Positions 59,426-64,000 of a stretch of 64,000 nucleotides of DNA are shown piece by piece. Where the stretch lies: NCBI GenBank assembly GCA_042095375.1, contig JBELBJ010000001.1, positions 44,945 to 108,944 of the forward strand. The letters are read 5' to 3'. Source of the DNA: Marinoscillum sp. GTDB lineage: Bacteria; Bacteroidota; Bacteroidia; Cytophagales; MED-G16. The position numbers and the translations under genes are program-made. A model generated the notes under the pieces. That model did no database searches and had not been told where the DNA came from. It was given only the letters and a program-made list of their open reading frames with translations. Within the stretch, counting starts at the first letter, position 1. Each line of letters begins with the position of its first letter.

Positions 59426-60127
59426 ATGTGTTCAAATAAGAAAAAATATGAGGACGGAATGATTCTAAAAGTTGATAAACCTATTGGATGGACTTCGTTT
59501 GATATAGTTAATAAAATTAGGAGCACATTAAAATTAAAAAAAATTGGTCATGCTGGAACCTTAGATCCTCTTGCTTCTGGACTTTTGATAGTCTGTACTG
59601 GTAAGTACACAAAAAAAATTCATGAGTATCAAGATTTCGATAAAGAATATATTGGATCTTTTGTTATTGGGAAAAGTACACCTTCACATGATTTAGAAAC
59701 AGAATTCATTAGTAGCAAGAGCATAAAAAATGTTACTAAAGATAAAATAATAAAAACAACAAAAACTTTTCTTGGAAATCAATACCAGACTCCACCAAAA
59801 TATTCAGCCATAAAAATTAATGGAGAAAGGGCTTATAAAAAGGCAAGAAATAATGAAAAAGTGATTTTAAAGCCAAGAGAAGTAAGAATTAACAAATTTC
59901 AAATAACATCAATTAATTTACCAAAAATTGATTTTGTAATAAATTGTTCAAAAGGAACATATATAAGATCAATAGCAAGGGATTATGGTAATAAGCTAAA
60001 AGTAGGTGCTTTTCTAAATGAGCTAAAACGAACGAAAATTGGTAATATAAGTATTAATGATTCGATTTCGATTGAAGAGCTAATAAGTAAAATAAAAAAA
60101 GATTTAAATGAAGATAATAAAAAGTAA
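59426..60127 (+). CDS. truB: tRNA pseudouridine(55) synthase
   Basis: 233 aa with VDKPIGWTSFD and the catalytic GHAGTLDPLASG motif. Confidence 0.94.
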   Translation: MCSNKKKYEDGMILKVDKPIGWTSFDIVNKIRSTLKLKKIGHAGTLDPLASGLLIVCTGKYTKKIHEYQDFDKEYIGSFVIGKSTPSHDLETEFISSKSIKNVTKDKIIKTTKTFLGNQYQTPPKYSAIKINGERAYKKARNNEKVILKPREVRINKFQITSINLPKIDFVINCSKGTYIRSIARDYGNKLKVGAFLNELKRTKIGNISINDSISIEELISKIKKDLNEDNKK

Positions 60128-61028
60128 TACTATAAAAATCCCAAAATCAAATTTTAATATTGCAACTATTGGTTCATTTGATGGGATACATTTAGGCCAC
60201 AAAAAAATTCTTCAAACCATAACCAAAGCAGCAAAAAAAAATAATGGAAAAAGTATATTGATTACTTTTTGGCCACACCCAAGATATGTTTTAAAAAAGA
60301 ATAATGATTTTAAACTTTTAACATCATTAGATGAAAAAATTAAAATATTTGAAGAAAATAAAATTGATATTTTATATGTAATTGATTTTTCAATAAGCTT
60401 TTCAAAAGTCTCGGCAAATAACTTTGTTAAGAATATTCTTTTAGACAAGTTAAAAACGAACTGTATTCTTATTGGATACAATAATAATTTTGGTAGAAAT
60501 AGAAAAGGAAATATCAAGTATTTAGAAGAAAATAAGAATATATTCGATATTGATATTATATCAATTCCAAAGCAATCTGTTGATAAAATATCAATTAGTT
60601 CTACTAAAATAAGAGAATATTTAAATAATGGTAAAATAAAGTCAGCAAATCAATTATTAGGAAGAGAATACTCGATAAATGGTAAAGTTGTAAGGGGCAA
60701 TGGAATCGGAAGGAAAATTAATTTTCCAACAGCTAATATAGAAATAGATGAATCAAAAAAACTTTTACCAAAAAATGGTGTTTATGCAGTAGAAGTATTC
60801 TTAAATAAAAAAACATACTTAGGAATGTTAAATATTGGATACAATCCAACTATTAAAAATGAAAAAAAAACTATAGAAGTAAATATTTTCAAATTTTCAG
60901 AAGATATTTATAATAATAAAATTTCTATAAGTTTTATTAAGCGAATAAGAAATGAAAAAAAATTCAAAAATTTGAATGAATTAAAAAAACAATTAATAAT
61001 AGATAAAAAAAAGGCTGAATTAATATAA
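60108..61028 (+). CDS. ribF: Bifunctional riboflavin kinase / FMN adenylyltransferase
   Basis: 306 aa with N-terminal GSFDGIHLGH and a C-terminal riboflavin kinase domain (GRKINFPTANI). It overlaps truB by 20 nt. Confidence 0.94.
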   Translation: MKIIKSNTIKIPKSNFNIATIGSFDGIHLGHKKILQTITKAAKKNNGKSILITFWPHPRYVLKKNNDFKLLTSLDEKIKIFEENKIDILYVIDFSISFSKVSANNFVKNILLDKLKTNCILIGYNNNFGRNRKGNIKYLEENKNIFDIDIISIPKQSVDKISISSTKIREYLNNGKIKSANQLLGREYSINGKVVRGNGIGRKINFPTANIEIDESKKLLPKNGVYAVEVFLNKKTYLGMLNIGYNPTIKNEKKTIEVNIFKFSEDIYNNKISISFIKRIRNEKKFKNLNELKKQLIIDKKKAELI

Positions 61029-61038
61029 ATAGTAAATT

Positions 61039-61380
61039 ATGAAAACATCACAAATTAAATTTTTAGTTACACTTGATAAAGATAAAATTCCAGAAAAAAT
61101 CACCTGGAATGCGGAAGATAGTATGGGAAACGAATTTTCTGAAACAAAATCCATAAGTTTAGCCCTTTGGGACCATGAAAAAATGAACACATTAAAAATA
61201 GATTTATGGACAAAAGATATGGAAATTAATAATATGAAAAGGTTTTATGTAGATTGTATTGGTGGAATTGGACAGAGCATATTAAATTCAACAGAAGATG
61301 AATACATGTCTAAAGAGGTAAATAAATTATGTGATAAATTAATTGAGTATCTAAAAAATAAAGTTAACAATAATAATTAA
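61039..61380 (+). CDS. gldC: Gliding motility protein GldC
   Basis: 113 aa. The blocks IKFLVTLDKDKIPEKITWNAEDS and LKIDLWTKDMEINNMKRF match the GldC family. Confidence 0.8.
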   Translation: MKTSQIKFLVTLDKDKIPEKITWNAEDSMGNEFSETKSISLALWDHEKMNTLKIDLWTKDMEINNMKRFYVDCIGGIGQSILNSTEDEYMSKEVNKLCDKLIEYLKNKVNNNN

Positions 61381-61467
61381 ACTCATTTTTTTTAATATTT
61401 TTACATTATTAAATAACATTAATTATTTATAAAGTATACTATTATAATAAACTAAACTATAAAGAGT

Positions 61468-64000
61468 ATGAATAATTTTGTATCAAAATTAATCTGCCTT
61501 TCATTTGTATTGTTTATATCGCTATCGTCTAAGCTATATTCCCAACAAACTACTATTTCTGGGAATGTAACAGATGGTAATGAAGCTCTTATCGGAGTTA
61601 ACATTCTTGTGAAAGGAAAAGTAATTGGTACCATCTCAAATAAAGATGGTAACTTTAGTTTGAATGTTAATTCGGCGCCGCCGTTAACATTAGTTTTTTC
61701 GATTGTGGGTTATGAATCTCAAGAATTAGAAATTAATGATTCTGATTCTGATGTTTCTATAACTATGCTTGAATCGGCTATGCTTGGAAAAGAAATAGTT
61801 GTTTCTGCATCAAGAGTTGCTCAAAATATACTTGAAGCACCTGTTACAATTGAGAAAATGGACCTATTAGCTATCCAAAATGCATCAACTGCTGATTTTA
61901 TGGATCAACTAGAACACATAAAAGGTGTAAAGGTTAGTAGAGGAAGTATGAACTTCCCTGCAGTTAATACTAGAGGTTTTGCAACAGACGCAAATACTAG
62001 ATTCGTTCAACTTGTTGATGGAATGGATACTTCTGCACCTCTATTAAATTTTCCAACTGGTAATCTTGTTGGAATTAATCCTTTGGATTTAGAAAGTGTT
62101 GAGTTAATTCCTGGATCTTCATCTGCATTATATGGCCCTAATGCCTATAATGGAACAATGTTGATGGCAAGTAAAAGTCCATTTGATTATCAAGGGTTAT
62201 CTGTTCAAGTGACACAAGGAGTAACTTCCTCGCAGGCAACTGCTGATAATAATTATCATTATTCTAAATACAATATTAGATATGCTAAAGCTTTCAATGA
62301 TAAGATTGCTATAAAAGTAAACTTTGCATATGATGAAGCTCAAGACTGGACTGCTAATGATTATAATACACATAAGTTATATCCAGATTCTTCACTAAAC
62401 TTAACTGGACAACCAAATTTTGATGGTTTAAATGTTTATGGTGATGAAGTTCAAATAGCATTTCCTGCTTCATTAGGTGGTGCTCAATATGCTTCATTAG
62501 GGTTACTAGATCTTAGAAGAACTGGTTTTCCTGAAGAGTTTCTTGTAGATAACGATGCAAGTAATATGAAATACGATGCGTCAATACACTATAGAATAAA
62601 TGATAATACCGAAGCTTCTTTCTTGTATAGAAAAGGTGGAGGAAATTCAATTTATGTAGGTACTGAAAAATATGCTCTTAGAAATTTCGGTCAGCAATTC
62701 ATGAAATTTGGAATTAAAGGAGATAAACTGAATATGAATATCTACCAATCAACTACTGATGCTGGTGATTCATATAACCTTACTGCACTAGGTATTTTTA
62801 TGAATGAAAGATTCAAACCTACACTAGCAAGTTGGGTTCCAACATATTTACAAACTTACATCACTGCTATGCAAGGATACGTACCAGGAGTTCCTGCTGG
62901 ATTAGCTTCAGCGGCTCATCAAGCTGCTAGAAGTCAAGCAAATAGTGGAATACCTGCAAACGGTTCTTCAGAATTTAATACTGTTAGAGATCAAGTTATA
63001 AAAGACAGATTTCAAAGTGCTACTGGAGGTGCTGGATTTTTTGATAATTCCAAGTTAACGCACTTCGACTTAAACTTTGATGCTGCTGATTGGCTATTAC
63101 TTGGTATCAACTATAGAAATTATTCCATTTTTACTGAAGGAACAATTTTTAATGAGGATCCTGATGGAACTGGAACAAATAGCAGAATAAATATTAATGA
63201 ATATGGAGCATTTGCTCAAGTTAGAAAAGAATTGATGGAAGATATAATGTTTACTGGATCAGTAAGATGGGATAAAAATGAAAACTTTAAAGGTAGAGTT
63301 ACCCCAAGGTTGGCAATAGTTTATTCTTTTGCAGAAAACAGTCATCTTAGAATTTCTTATCAAACTGGATTTAGAAATCCCGATACTCAAGCACAATATA
63401 TATACTTCCCTTCTAGTACAGGTACTATACTTGGATCTGCTAAAGATAATGCAGAAAGGTATGGAGTTATGGAAGGTGGTGCATATTCTGTTGAATCGTA
63501 CGATGCATTTATAGCGTCAGGAGGTGTTCTAGATTCAATTTCTGGAAATCCAATTGGTGGAACTCCATCAGTCTTAGCAACCACTAACGTAAGTTATGTG
63601 AAACCAGAAAGACTAAGTGCTTATGAAATTGGTTATAAAGGTCTAATTGGAGATAACTTTTTGGCTGATATAAACTATTATAGCACAAATTATAGAGACT
63701 TTTTATCTGGAGTAAGAGTTGTATCAAAAAATGCAACGACTCATAAAGGAGCTGCACTTCCTCCAGGAACTAGATGGTCTGTTCATAGCAATGCTCAAGA
63801 TATAGTTAAATCATGGGGAATTGGTGTTGGTCTTACTTGGAATTTACCTTCTAACTTTGTGTTGCAGGGTAATTATAATTATCAAGACTACAAAGTTGAT
63901 TATACCTCTGAAGCGAGTAACTTCTTAGCATACTTCAATACACCAAAGAATATGTATGGATTTACATTTTCTAATAGACAGCTAGTCAAAAACTTAGGTT
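61468..64000 (+). CDS. TonB-dependent outer-membrane receptor with CarboxypepD_reg-like N-domain; 3' end beyond the window
   Basis: Not in the ORF track because it has no stop within the window. The ATG at 61468 gives MNNFVSKLICLSFVLFISLSSKLYSQQTTISGNVTDGNEALIGVNILVKGK.. (signal peptide plus Cna-B/CarboxypepD_reg-like domain). A plug domain follows (EAPVTIEKM..., LVDGMD, SALYGPNA). The frame stays open to 64000; I checked this at 63961. Confidence 0.88.
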   Translation, partial: MNNFVSKLICLSFVLFISLSSKLYSQQTTISGNVTDGNEALIGVNILVKGKVIGTISNKDGNFSLNVNSAPPLTLVFSIVGYESQELEINDSDSDVSITMLESAMLGKEIVVSASRVAQNILEAPVTIEKMDLLAIQNASTADFMDQLEHIKGVKVSRGSMNFPAVNTRGFATDANTRFVQLVDGMDTSAPLLNFPTGNLVGINPLDLESVELIPGSSSALYGPNAYNGTMLMASKSPFDYQGLSVQVTQGVTSSQATADNNYHYSKYNIRYAKAFNDKIAIKVNFAYDEAQDWTANDYNTHKLYPDSSLNLTGQPNFDGLNVYGDEVQIAFPASLGGAQYASLGLLDLRRTGFPEEFLVDNDASNMKYDASIHYRINDNTEASFLYRKGGGNSIYVGTEKYALRNFGQQFMKFGIKGDKLNMNIYQSTTDAGDSYNLTALGIFMNERFKPTLASWVPTYLQTYITAMQGYVPGVPAGLASAAHQAARSQANSGIPANGSSEFNTVRDQVIKDRFQSATGGAGFFDNSKLTHFDLNFDAADWLLLGINYRNYSIFTEGTIFNEDPDGTGTNSRININEYGAFAQVRKELMEDIMFTGSVRWDKNENFKGRVTPRLAIVYSFAENSHLRISYQTGFRNPDTQAQYIYFPSSTGTILGSAKDNAERYGVMEGGAYSVESYDAFIASGGVLDSISGNPIGGTPSVLATTNVSYVKPERLSAYEIGYKGLIGDNFLADINYYSTNYRDFLSGVRVVSKNATTHKGAALPPGTRWSVHSNAQDIVKSWGIGVGLTWNLPSNFVLQGNYNYQDYKVDYTSEASNFLAYFNTPKNMYGFTFSNRQLVKNLG

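Noticed and set aside
1-64000. A window-wide look for tRNA/rRNA genes, CRISPR repeats, IS elements or inverted terminal repeats, integrases, phage or toxin-antitoxin modules, and compositionally distinct islands.
   Set aside because: - None were found by eye.
- Every gap larger than 60 nt was read on both strands and contains only AT-rich spacer.
- All large ORFs are housekeeping or conserved-hypothetical genes with uniform composition.
- A tRNAscan/Infernal run would be needed to exclude small RNAs formally.

Overview
This is a very AT-rich, extremely gene-dense chromosomal segment; by eye roughly 70% A+T, not computed. It looks like a streamlined Bacteroidota (Flavobacteriia-type) genome. 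The lineage markers are gldC, an Alternative Complex III plus aa3 oxidase supercluster, ftsX-DUF3098-uppP synteny, an Hc1/histone-H1-like mini-protein, a TonB-dependent receptor with a CarboxypepD_reg-like N-domain, and TAnnTTTG-type -7 boxes.

About 60 protein-coding genes lie in nine alternating strand blocks. Many start/stop overlaps occur (ATGA, TTGA, TAATG), and three convergent gene pairs overlap at their 3' ends.

The content is almost entirely housekeeping:
- phoH and serB-serA-serC
- ligA, thyA, bcp, der, leuS, ispG
- mlaEF
- a 16-kb respiratory block on one strand: actABCDEF, ctaCD, ctaA, ctaB, two subunit-III genes, subunit IV, and assembly genes
- fadD and an Lrp/AsnC regulator
- sufBCDSE plus a DUF59 gene plus bacilliredoxin
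- hppA, ftsX, uppP, truB, ribF, gldC
- the 5' part of a TonB-dependent receptor

I saw no rRNA, tRNA, CRISPR array, transposase, integrase, prophage or recognisable defence genes. I do not see a convincing wholly new multi-gene system.

The items most worth a second look are:
1. A single-frame fusion of undecaprenyl-diphosphate phosphatase with a VanX/DdpX-type D-Ala-D-Ala dipeptidase.
2. An SDR gene interrupted by one in-frame TGA.
3. A 58-codon histone-like gene missed by the ORF track, followed by a bidirectional terminator hairpin.
4. An orphan terminator-like hairpin in the 272-nt fadD/lrp divergent region.
5. A cysteine-less SCO-like protein plus a small CxxC membrane protein at the end of the oxidase cluster.
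6. Two conserved-looking gene pairs of unknown function: bcp followed by two giant repeat/beta-propeller-type proteins, and an outer-membrane barrel plus a Met-rich lipoprotein.
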